NCBI GenBank assembly: GCA_963712115.1
Contig: CAVQGX010000033.1
Span: 120,001-184,000 of the forward strand
Direction of reading: 5' to 3'
Length of the DNA: 64,000 nt
Source: an uncultured delta proteobacterium
GTDB lineage: Bacteria; Desulfobacterota; Syntrophobacteria; BM002
Positions 54,564 through 64,000 of this stretch are shown here, one piece after another. Below the pieces are notes generated by a model. That model was not told the DNA's origin and did no database searches. It saw only the letters and a program-made list of their open reading frames with translations. Numbering within the stretch: position 1 is the first letter of the stretch; each line of letters begins with the position of its first letter. The translations under genes were made by a program, and so were the position numbers.

Positions 54564-55682
54564 TCACCGATAAGTTCTACCCTTCCACTGAGCGGTCTCC
54601 CCCAGCCAGTGTTTTATCGCTGATGTCCAGGTCATTGCGAGGTACAATGTGCCAACCAGCGGCATAGTCAAAGCCCACCAACCCGAAATCCCGTAAAATC
54701 TGAGTGTGGGTAGATAGGTCAACATCATGCCGGCCAGGCAGAATGTGGAGAGCAACTTAACAGAAACAGGAGGTAACAAGAGGCCAATCCCCGGTATGGA
54801 GAAACTGGCCAACATAATTATTGTACAGAGCAGTAGCACAAGTTTAGAATAGCCCAATTGGGTAAAGGCGGTTCGCGCCACCATGTTCCATATAATCCCC
54901 AGACTGTTGTAAGGCCTGAGACTTCTCACCGAATGGCTAAGCCCCATCCAAGTTCTGTAACCTAAAGACTTAACCCTCCGAGCCAAGGCGCAATCATCAA
55001 TCAACTCTCCCCGCAAAGAAGCGAATCCCCCTATCGCGTCTAGAACCCCCGTTTCCACCAGAATGCATCCTCCTGCTGCTGCGGCTGTCTTAGAGCTGGC
55101 GGAATTGGACAAGCGGAAGGGATAGAGCAATTTGAAAAAATATATGAAGGCCGGCATCAACAGCCTCTCCCAAAAGGTTTTCATTCTCAACACCGCCATG
55201 AGCGAGATCAGTTGCACATTCTTTTCTTTCATAGCTCTGCGCAGCTCTATGATAATGCCCGGCTTGGCCTCAATGTCAGCATCAAGTAACAGGGTAAGGG
55301 GAGTGTCAATCTTGCTCCTGCCCTGTTCTAGAGCCCAAAGCTTGCCACTCCAGCCTGCAGGTGGAACTTCTCCCAGGATGATGAGAAGGTTTTCACCTCC
55401 AACTTGACGGGCGACCTCAAAAGTGCCATCGGTTGACTGATCGTCAACCAAAATGATATGCAGACCCCTACCCTGTCCAAGCAGAGCAGGTAAAGTGGTC
55501 TTGACCATCTCCTCTTCGTTGCGTGCAGGAACGAGCACCGTTATGTCGCTCAAATCCTCCTGGGGAACAGCAGGCACCCCATCCAGAAATTCACTTGTAC
55601 TCCAGGGGCGCCAAGGCAAGACCAGGATGATCAACCATATGGCGGCTCCAACTATGGCAAAAAGAGTAAGAACTGTTTCCAT
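54564..55682 (-). CDS. hpnB: Hopanoid-associated GT2 glycosyltransferase
   Basis: VPARNE, VDDQSTDGT, GWSGKLWAL, DADI, AAAGGC, LIDDCALA, MVARTAFTQL, WKGR. Confidence 0.88.
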   Translation of the reverse strand: METVLTLFAIVGAAIWLIILVLPWRPWSTSEFLDGVPAVPQEDLSDITVLVPARNEEEMVKTTLPALLGQGRGLHIILVDDQSTDGTFEVARQVGGENLLIILGEVPPAGWSGKLWALEQGRSKIDTPLTLLLDADIEAKPGIIIELRRAMKEKNVQLISLMAVLRMKTFWERLLMPAFIYFFKLLYPFRLSNSASSKTAAAAGGCILVETGVLDAIGGFASLRGELIDDCALARRVKSLGYRTWMGLSHSVRSLRPYNSLGIIWNMVARTAFTQLGYSKLVLLLCTIIMLASFSIPGIGLLLPPVSVKLLSTFCLAGMMLTYLPTLRFYGISGWWALTMPLVGTLYLAMTWTSAIKHWLGETAQWKGRTYR

Positions 55683-55954
55683 GGCTATGGGATCTCTTGA
55701 AGTCGAGGAATTGGGAGTAAGACCTGTCAAAACCTTGAAGCTAAAAGAGTGCACGACAGAAGACTATATGCTATATTGAGCGGCCCGTGTCAAAGGAAGA
55801 TTTTTCAGGGTTAGAAAAGCTTCCGCCAGTGAAAAGAAAAGCTGCTCCCTTGTTCTTTATGCTTGAAATGACTATATTACCGACAAAGCAAGGGTATTAA
55901 ATTAGGGGATTGAGGAGTTAATTGCTCAATTTGTCTTCGGCAAGGTCGAATTAG

Positions 55955-56138
55955 CTAGTGTCCATCCAGAAAATCCTGGTGGACAATAGCTGGAGATTCC
56001 AATTCATAAATGAGCGATTTTGCGGAAGGTCAAGGAAATTAAGGGATTGCGCGGAGACGTACTGAAGTACGTCGCACAAGAAATCCCGTAGATTGACGCG
56101 GAGATTCCGCAAAAGGGCCATTTATGGACGGAAGCTAG
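55955..56138. mobile_element. MITE family B (55994-56138) preceded by a collapsed ends-only palindrome (55955-55989)
   Basis: Arms ttccaattcataaatg / catttatggacggaa, ttttgcggaa / ttccgcaaaa, gggatt / aatccc; central gacgtac-tgaa-gtacgtc. Confidence 0.75.
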
Positions 56139-56156
56139 CTAACTGTGGAGAAGAGA

Positions 56157-56753
56157 ATGCTGCAGAACTTTTTATGTCGAACCATTACTCTATTACTCCT
56201 GATCTTTGGCCTTGTGACTCCCAGTTTGGCAGGCGAGCCCACTGATCACATTAGGAAGACAACCGACAAAATGATCACCATCCTCAACGATCCTGTTCTT
56301 AAAAATAACGTCGGAGAGAGAAGAAAGATGCTCAGAAACGCCGTGAACGAGCGTTTTGACTGGAGAGAAATGGCGCAACGCTCCCTGGCCGATCACTGGA
56401 AAAGCCGCACAGAAGAGGAAAGGAAAGAGTTCGTTCCCCTCTTTACCGATCTGCTCGAAAGTGCTTACATGAACAGGATAGAAAATTACTCAGGAGACAA
56501 AGTCAGCTATGACGACGAAAGAGTTCAAGGTAATTACAGTCTTGTAAAGGTGACGATTTTCACCGATAAACAAGTGGCAATTCCCGTAGTCTACAAGATG
56601 AAGAAAAAAGGCCAAGAGTGGATGATCTATGACGTCTCAATCGAGGGGGTGAGCTTGGTCAAAAATTACCGACAACAGTTCGACAGTGTCATCATCAGTT
56701 CCTCCTATCAGGGACTGGTAGAGAAACTTAAAGAAAAAGCCGCCAAGAATTGA
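56157..56753 (+). CDS. MlaC/Ttg2-family periplasmic lipid-binding protein
   Basis: Signal peptide, FDWREMAQRSL..HW, WMIYDVSIEGVSLVKNYRQQF. Confidence 0.9.
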   Translation: MLQNFLCRTITLLLLIFGLVTPSLAGEPTDHIRKTTDKMITILNDPVLKNNVGERRKMLRNAVNERFDWREMAQRSLADHWKSRTEEERKEFVPLFTDLLESAYMNRIENYSGDKVSYDDERVQGNYSLVKVTIFTDKQVAIPVVYKMKKKGQEWMIYDVSIEGVSLVKNYRQQFDSVIISSSYQGLVEKLKEKAAKN

Positions 56754-56828
56754 GCTGTACGCATATTCATTTAACTCCGCACGATACCTACATGTCCCGT
56801 CTCCTCTCAAGTGACTGTGTCACACTTC

Positions 56829-56990
56829 GTCATCCCGGCCAAGTCTCGCAAAGCGGGACGCGAGCCGGGATCCAGTAAGAATTAGGCTATTTTGAAATCT
56901 CTCTGGATTCCCCTTCGACTTCGCTCAGGGTGGTGAGCCTGTCGAACCACGGATCTCGCCCGCCTCTAGGCGTACTCGTCCGGAATGACA
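56829..56990. repeat. REP-like palindrome (GTCATCCCGG...CCGGAATGAC) with a nested insert
   Basis: gtcatcccggc..gccgggatccag .. ctggattc[cccttcgacttcgctcagggtggtgagcctgtcgaacca]cgga..ccggaatgac. Confidence 0.75.
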
Positions 56991-56995
56991 GACAT

Positions 56996-57031
56996 AAAAA
57001 AACCCACACTCTCGCGAGAGTGTGGGTTTTT
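56996..57031. terminator. Bidirectional terminator between groEL and the MlaC-like gene
   Basis: Perfect palindrome aaaaacccacactctcgcgagagtgtgggttttt between convergent genes. Confidence 0.85.
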
Positions 57032-57063
57032 CATTTTTGCTTTTGGGTTGAGGCAACCTCAGG

Positions 57064-58710
<1,647 letters not shown>

Positions 58711-58760
58711 TTATTCAACTCCTTTTGTATCTTTGTCAGGCTCCTTTATGTCCTGCCTAG

Positions 58761-59051
58761 TTATTTCTCCACCACTGCCAGTACATCATCCTCTCGCATG
58801 ATCAACAATTCTTCACCTTCGATCTTCACCTCGGATCCTGCATACTTGCTGAAAAGCACCGTATCTCCCTTCTTGACATCGAGGGGCATCTTGCTGCCGT
58901 CTTCGAGGACCTTGCCAGTCCCTACCGCCAAGACCTTGCCTTGGATGGGCTTTTCCTTGGCACTATCGGGAATGATAATGCCTCCTTTGCTGACCTCCTC
59001 TTCCTCTGTGCGTTTAACCACTATCCGATCGTTCAATGGTTGTAATTTCAT
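58761..59051 (-). CDS. groS: Co-chaperonin GroES
   Basis: [29 protein letters not shown]. Confidence 0.99.
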   Translation of the reverse strand: MKLQPLNDRIVVKRTEEEEVSKGGIIIPDSAKEKPIQGKVLAVGTGKVLEDGSKMPLDVKKGDTVLFSKYAGSEVKIEGEELLIMREDDVLAVVEK

Positions 59052-59116
59052 CGCCTCTAACTCCTTTTCAAATATTTACAAAACCACAAAGCCAAAAATT
59101 AAGATCAATAAAAATG

Positions 59117-59143
59117 TTAGCACTCACCTCAGACGAGTGCTAA
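59117..59143. promoter_or_regulatory. CIRCE element (HrcA operator)
   Basis: Perfect TTAGCACTC-N9-GAGTGCTAA, 65 nt upstream of groES. Confidence 0.95.
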
Positions 59144-59343
59144 CACATGGCGGAGGATATCCACATCACCTCCAAAAAGCAATCTTTAAATTATCCGATT
59201 ATCCTCTTTAGATAGGAAAAATAATAGATAAGTACTAGATAACTCAATCAAACAGAGCTTTTCAGTATTTTTCGAATAAATATTGCTTCTAACAACCACG
59301 AACGTGTTAGTAGATACTCAAATCGACAGGCTGTAGCTAGGCT

Positions 59344-59523
59344 ATTTCGGATTGTGAAACCGGGAACCCGCCCGAAGGGTGGGAGTCCGAAGGACAATTT
59401 CTAAATTGAAAATAGCTGCCTGCTGCCCTATGGCTAACTCCTTTACAAGAGCTTTTGCTTCGTGCTACAAGGAATACCGACTGTTAGCATAGCTTTTTGC
59501 TGATGGCTGACTGCTGAGCGCTG
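59344..59523. repeat. Heptamer modules containing a second copy of the GC-rich mini-insert (59359-59395)
   Basis: tttcggattgtgaa[accgggaacccgcccgaagggtgggagtccgaaggac]aatttc; gctgatggctgactgctgagcgctg. Confidence 0.72.
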
Positions 59524-59532
59524 GCAATTTAA

Positions 59533-60150
59533 ATGACCGAATGGCAGCCACAAGATCACTATTTTCGCCGGGCGAAAAAAGAGGGCTTTATTGCCCGCTC
59601 AGTGTACAAGTTGGAGGAGGTCGACCGGCGCGTCCGGTTGTTGAGACCAGGTCAGCGGGTTCTCGACCTGGGCTGTCATCCAGGATCATGGCTGCAATAC
59701 TGTGCTCGGGCTGTAGGAAAACGGGGTTTGGTAGTAGGGGTCGATACCCGCACGATTTCCATCAAGTTGCCGCCTCATGTCCATTTTATTCAAGCCGATG
59801 TGTTCGAGCTTTTGCCCGCCGACCTTTATCATATCTCCGACGAGTTTGACGTAGTGCTCAGCGATCTCGCACCAGCAACTACAGGAATTCGCTCGGTTGA
59901 CAGCAGTCGCTCCTTTACCCTTTTCCAGCGCGCTCTGACTCTGGCCGACGACTTGTTGGTGCCCGGAGGCCATTTCTTAGGTAAGATTTTTCAGGGTCCT
60001 GGTTTCGACGAAATGGTCAAAGAACTCAAGGGCAGATTCGGCAAAGTCAAAGGCATCAAACCTCGTGCCACCCGCAGTCAAAGTAAGGAGATCTATCTGG
60101 TTGCCATGGGCAAGAAAGGACATCGCCTGAAACATGATTTAAGAATTTAA
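59533..60150 (+). CDS. rlmE: 23S rRNA Um2552 methyltransferase (FtsJ/RrmJ)
   Basis: ARSVYKL, DLGCHPGSW, SDLAP, KIFQG, KPRATRSQSKEIY. Confidence 0.93.
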   Translation: MTEWQPQDHYFRRAKKEGFIARSVYKLEEVDRRVRLLRPGQRVLDLGCHPGSWLQYCARAVGKRGLVVGVDTRTISIKLPPHVHFIQADVFELLPADLYHISDEFDVVLSDLAPATTGIRSVDSSRSFTLFQRALTLADDLLVPGGHFLGKIFQGPGFDEMVKELKGRFGKVKGIKPRATRSQSKEIYLVAMGKKGHRLKHDLRI

Positions 60151-60162
60151 CAAATTACTACA

Positions 60163-60255
60163 AATATTGATGCTGTCGTGAAAACCCTATCATGAGACGG
60201 CACAGTAAATCCGCCTGAGGCGGACAGATGGACTTTTTACGAAGCCGTCAATATT
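60163..60255. mobile_element. MITE family C, short copy with a nested TCCGCC-N3-GGCGGA hairpin
   Basis: Imperfect TIRs aatattgatgctgtcgtgaaaa / tttttacgaagccgtcaatatt. Confidence 0.65.
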
Positions 60256-60285
60256 GAAAGTAGATCTTAGTCAAGAGGAAGAGAA

Positions 60286-61035
60286 ATGTCCGGACATTCC
60301 AAATGGAGCAGTATTCGTCACAAGAAAGGTGCCACGGACGCCAAACGGGGCAAAATTTTTTCTAAGCTTAATAAAGAGATCATGGTAGCCGCTCGCATGG
60401 GTGGTGGCGATCCGACGGGAAATCCTCGGTTGAGACAGGCCATAGCCGCAGCCAAGGCTGAAAATATGCCCAAGGACAACATCGAACGGGCCATTAAGAA
60501 GGGCACAGGCGAGCTTGAAGGAGTCAACTACGAAGAAACCATCTACGAGGGCTATGGTCCCGGTGGTGTGGCAGTACTGGTGGAAGTTATGACTGACAAC
60601 AAGAATAGGGCCGCTGCTGATGTCCGTTATATTTTCAGCAAACGGGGAGGCAGCCTAGGTGAGGCCGGCTGCGTGGCCTGGATGTTTGATAAGAGAGGTT
60701 TAATCGTTTTTGAACGAGACCAGGTAGATGAGGACGAGATCTTGGAGGTAGCCCTCGAAGCAGGCGCCGATGATGTGGTTACCACAGAAGACCAGTTTGA
60801 GGTCCACACTGATCCGGCTACATTCGAAGCATTGAAGCAAGCCTTCGACGACCGGGAAATAGGTTACACCTTGGCAGAAATAACCATGGTGCCTCAGAAT
60901 AATGTGAAGATTGACAACGAGCCCCAGGCTACCCAGCTGCTCAAGCTTATGGAAGCGATTGAGGACTCCGACGATGTGCAGAAGGTTTACGCCAATTTTG
61001 ATATACCCGACGAGATCCTGCAACGGATCGGCTAG
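60286..61035 (+). CDS. yebC: YebC/PmpR-family protein
   Basis: [36 protein letters not shown]; upstream of ruvC. Confidence 0.96.
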   Translation: MSGHSKWSSIRHKKGATDAKRGKIFSKLNKEIMVAARMGGGDPTGNPRLRQAIAAAKAENMPKDNIERAIKKGTGELEGVNYEETIYEGYGPGGVAVLVEVMTDNKNRAAADVRYIFSKRGGSLGEAGCVAWMFDKRGLIVFERDQVDEDEILEVALEAGADDVVTTEDQFEVHTDPATFEALKQAFDDREIGYTLAEITMVPQNNVKIDNEPQATQLLKLMEAIEDSDDVQKVYANFDIPDEILQRIG

Positions 61036-61090
61036 ATAGCAGCTGGCAGCAGACAGCGGGCAGAATAAAACTAGGCACTAGGAACTGACA

Positions 61091-61251
61091 GGTCATTTGG
61101 CCACTACATGTGGCCGTCACTACGCTACGCTGTCATTCATAGTTAACTGTCATTGTGGCGTTGAAACAACTTAATGACGGCCGTAAGGCCTAATGACGGC
61201 AAAGCCTAGTGACAGCGAGGCGCGATAGCGCTGAGCGTAATGACCTAATGA
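61091..61251. repeat. Inverted (TAATGAC)n array whose units are separated by different mini-hairpins
   Basis: taatgac-ggccgtaaggcc-taatgac-ggcaaagcc-tagtgac-agcg..agcg-taatgac-c-taatga, mirrored by gtcatt units at 61091-61155. Confidence 0.8.
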
Positions 61252-61314
61252 TGCCTGGAGCCCTGGGCCTAAAAGCATATCACCAATAACACCTGACCAA
61301 CTAGAGTAGCCATC

Positions 61315-61815
61315 ATGCGAATCATAGGCGTAGATCCCGGTTCAACCGTTACAGGATACGGAATTGTGGAGGAGGTTAATAAGCAATTGTGCCATGTGGC
61401 CAGTGGTCGGGTTGTCTCTTCTTCACGAATGGACTTTCACCTTCGACTAAAGAGAATATACACTGAGTTGGAGAAGGTCATTGCTTCGTACGAACCTGAG
61501 GTTATGGCCGTGGAGGATCTTTTCATTGCTCGTAACATCAAAAGTGCTTTAAAACTCGGTCACGCCCGAGGAGTGGCTATTTTGGCCGGGCTGAACGCTG
61601 AACTCCCCATTGCAGAGTATTCTCCTTTGGAAGTGAAAAAGGCCCTGGTAGGATACGGACGAGCCCACAAAGTGCAAGTCCAAGAGATGGTCCGTACCCT
61701 TCTTGGCCTTGGTGCGCCCCCCGACACGGACACAGCGGACGCTCTAGCCGTGGCCATATGCCACCTTCATTGCTGTCAGGGAGCCGGGAGGCTCATTCAG
61801 AGGAATCGCCAATGA
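61315..61815 (+). CDS. ruvC: Holliday junction resolvase
   Basis: IIGVDPG...TGYG, LGHARG, GYGRA.K.QV, DALAVAICH. Confidence 0.97.
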   Translation: MRIIGVDPGSTVTGYGIVEEVNKQLCHVASGRVVSSSRMDFHLRLKRIYTELEKVIASYEPEVMAVEDLFIARNIKSALKLGHARGVAILAGLNAELPIAEYSPLEVKKALVGYGRAHKVQVQEMVRTLLGLGAPPDTDTADALAVAICHLHCCQGAGRLIQRNRQ

Positions 61816-62414
61816 TTGCCCATATTCAAGGGCTTCTCCATTTCAAGTCACCAGAGTACCTCGTTATCGATGTTGATGGCATGGGCTACCAAGTTCACGT
61901 GCCACTCTCGACTTTCTACGATCTTCCCCAGCTAGGGAGTACGGTGTCTCTGCACATTCATACCCACGTGAGAGAAGATGCTCTGCAACTCTACGGTTTT
62001 CGGTCGCCAGAGGAAAAAGCAATTTTTGTCCGTCTTATTAGTATTTCCGGAATTGGACCCCGTCTCGCAGTAAATATCCTCTCCGGCATCAGTCCTGCTG
62101 AACTGGTTGAGTCTTTAAGCCAAAACAATCTCGCCAGGTTGATTTCTATACCGGGAGTAGGGCGCAAAACCGCTGAGCGAATCATGGTGGAGCTGAGGGA
62201 CAAGGTCAGCAGTCTGGTACCTGGTCATGATGTCACCATACCAGTTAAAGCAGCAGCCAACGAGGCAATGATTGAGGATGCCCTTTCCGCACTGCTTAAT
62301 CTGGGATACAAAAAGGGAGTGGCCCAACGGGCTATCGAAAATGCCAGGCAGCGACTGGAAGGAGAAATCACCCTCGAGAGTTTACTGAAGGAGTCACTCC
62401 GCGCATTGGCCTAA
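61812..62414 (+). CDS. ruvA: Holliday junction branch migration protein
   Basis: MIAHIQG, HVREDALQLYGF, SGIGPRLA, PGVGRKTAERI, ALLNLGY. Confidence 0.97.
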   Translation: MIAHIQGLLHFKSPEYLVIDVDGMGYQVHVPLSTFYDLPQLGSTVSLHIHTHVREDALQLYGFRSPEEKAIFVRLISISGIGPRLAVNILSGISPAELVESLSQNNLARLISIPGVGRKTAERIMVELRDKVSSLVPGHDVTIPVKAAANEAMIEDALSALLNLGYKKGVAQRAIENARQRLEGEITLESLLKESLRALA

Positions 62415-62419
62415 AATTT

Positions 62420-62536
62420 GGTAAGCGGTAAGCAGTAAGCGGTAAGCGGTAAATTTCGCAACTAAAAATCACATTACAAACCGCTCACTGCTTACTGCTC
62501 ACGGCTTACCAGCAAGTTTGCGCTATGCTCTATGCG
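62420..62536. repeat. Heptamer inverted array (GGTAAGC / GCTTACY)
   Basis: ggtaagcggtaagcagtaagcggtaagcggt ... accgctcactgcttactgctcacggcttacc, then gcgctatgctctatgcg. Confidence 0.85.
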
Positions 62537-62555
62537 GCGAACGAAGTGAGCTACT

Positions 62556-63599
62556 ATGGAAGAACGACTGTTCAACGGAGAGGAAAAAGAAGAAGAGACT
62601 GGCTTCGAAGTCAGCCTTCGACCTCTGAGCCTTGCGGAGTTTGTCGGCCAGGATAGGATTAAGGACAACCTCAAGGTTTTTATTGAGGCAACAAGGGCAC
62701 GACATGAAGCCCTCGATCACGTTCTGGTCCACGGCTTTCCTGGCCTGGGCAAAACCACGATTGCCTATATAATTTCCCAGGAACTCAACGTCAACATCCG
62801 GACCACCTCCGGCCCGGTGTTGGAAAGGGCGGGAGATCTCGCCGCCATCCTCACCAACCTGGAACCTCGGGATGTTCTTTTTATTGACGAGATTCATCGG
62901 CTGAACCACGTTGTAGAGGAAGTCCTCTACCCTGCCATGGAGGATTTTCAACTCGATTTGGTCATCGGCCAAGGGCCCAGTGCCAGAACGGTCAAGCTGG
63001 ATGTACCCCCATTCACCCTGGTAGGAGCCACCACTCGCGCGGGGCTTCTGACCCCTCCCCTCCGTGATCGCTTCGGAGTGGTATTACGCTTGGATTTCTA
63101 CGACCCAGAGCACCTAGCTAAAATAGTCAGTCGCGCCGCTAAAATTCTTGGGATCTCCATTGACGACAAGGGAGCTATGGAAATTGCCCGAAGATCACGG
63201 GGCACGCCCAGGGTGGCCAATCGGTTACTGCGTAGGGTTCGCGATTACGCCCAAGTGAGGGCGGACGGCATCATCAACCGGCCGGTTACAGACGCCGCCT
63301 TAAAAATGCTGGGAGTTGATGAAAAGGGACTCGACAAAATGGACCGTAAGATTCTTCTCAGCCTCATCCAAAAATTTGATGGTGGTCCAGCGGGAATCGA
63401 TACACTTTCGGCAGTGGTGGGTGAGGAGAGAGACACCCTAGAGGATGTTTATGAACCCTTTCTAGTGCAGGAGGGTTACTTGAACCGAACCCCCAGAGGC
63501 CGCATGGCTACCCGACTCGCCTATGAACATTTCAACCTCTCTCCCAGTGAACAGCGCCAGCAGCAAGACTTGTTTGACCAGAAAAATTCTGAATCCTGA
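62556..63599 (+). CDS. ruvB: Holliday junction helicase
   Basis: [45 protein letters not shown]. Confidence 0.98.
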   Translation: MEERLFNGEEKEEETGFEVSLRPLSLAEFVGQDRIKDNLKVFIEATRARHEALDHVLVHGFPGLGKTTIAYIISQELNVNIRTTSGPVLERAGDLAAILTNLEPRDVLFIDEIHRLNHVVEEVLYPAMEDFQLDLVIGQGPSARTVKLDVPPFTLVGATTRAGLLTPPLRDRFGVVLRLDFYDPEHLAKIVSRAAKILGISIDDKGAMEIARRSRGTPRVANRLLRRVRDYAQVRADGIINRPVTDAALKMLGVDEKGLDKMDRKILLSLIQKFDGGPAGIDTLSAVVGEERDTLEDVYEPFLVQEGYLNRTPRGRMATRLAYEHFNLSPSEQRQQQDLFDQKNSES

Positions 63600-63704
63600 A
63601 CGATTCAAACCAGGGGCATTATATGAAAACATAAAAGCCGCACTCTGTCCCAGGAAATGGGACATAGTACGGCTTCTTTCGGCAAGCCCTCTCGGGATGT
63701 GGTG

Positions 63705-63905
63705 CTAGTGACCCGAGTCCTTTTTGAAAAGGTTCAACAGAGTTCGCCCTAAGGCAGCCATTATTCCCATGCCAATAGCTCCCAAGGCACCATAAAAGGC
63801 AATAAAAAATACGGCGTGGCTCGGATCGTGCCAGGGTATATCCCATGGTAGCAAGCTTTGAACACTTCGCGCCAACCCGCTACAAAGAAGTTCCCCAATG
63901 TACAT
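63705..63905 (-). CDS. Small hypothetical membrane protein (66 aa)
   Basis: ATG with AGGGGAG RBS and an upstream TTGACA-17-TAATCA; hydrophobic helix AVFFIAFYGALGAIGMGIMAALG. Confidence 0.6.
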   Translation of the reverse strand: MYIGELLCSGLARSVQSLLPWDIPWHDPSHAVFFIAFYGALGAIGMGIMAALGRTLLNLFKKDSGH

Positions 63906-64000
63906 GATCTCTCCCCTTCTGAAACTCGAGAAGCAAGATTTAATAGGCAAGTAGGATGTGAAATGATTAGCAAAGTATTAGAGGATTGTCAATAAAAAAG

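Overview
Core-genome window from a Desulfobacterota (deltaproteobacterial)-like organism; the lineage is inferred from protein sequences and gene order, not from a search. On the minus strand (1-43.6 kb), listed in transcription order: ileS-lspA, tRNA-Thr/Tyr/Thr-tuf-rpmG-tRNA-Trp-secE-nusG-rplKAJL-rpoBC, the str operon with a second apparently identical tuf, the complete S10-spc-alpha ribosomal cluster, an aspartate kinase and an Aap/Bzt-type amino-acid ABC transporter. From 44.3 to 56.8 kb is a hopanoid cluster (shc, hpnG, hpnN, hpnA, ispH, hpnH, hpnM-like, hpnB, second MlaC-like). After it come CIRCE-controlled groES-groEL, rlmE, yebC, ruvCAB and a small membrane protein. No CRISPR array, transposase or prophage gene was seen. 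The unusual content is intergenic and has three tiers: (1) degenerate 7/8/9-mer arrays arranged as nested inverted repeats, often starting within 10 nt of a stop codon; (2) MITE-like elements of about 90-200 bp, two families of which share a GAGRCGTAC-loop-GTACGTCRCA core; (3) hairpins of 8-40 bp inserted at fixed positions inside the other repeats, including a repeat/hairpin-spacer array at 61.1-61.25 kb. Also notable: a C-terminal map remnant after adk, no tRNA-Gly in the tuf-linked tRNA cluster, and a shared TTGACA-N14-TAGCATA motif upstream of both hopanoid transcription units. All alignments and counts were made by eye.
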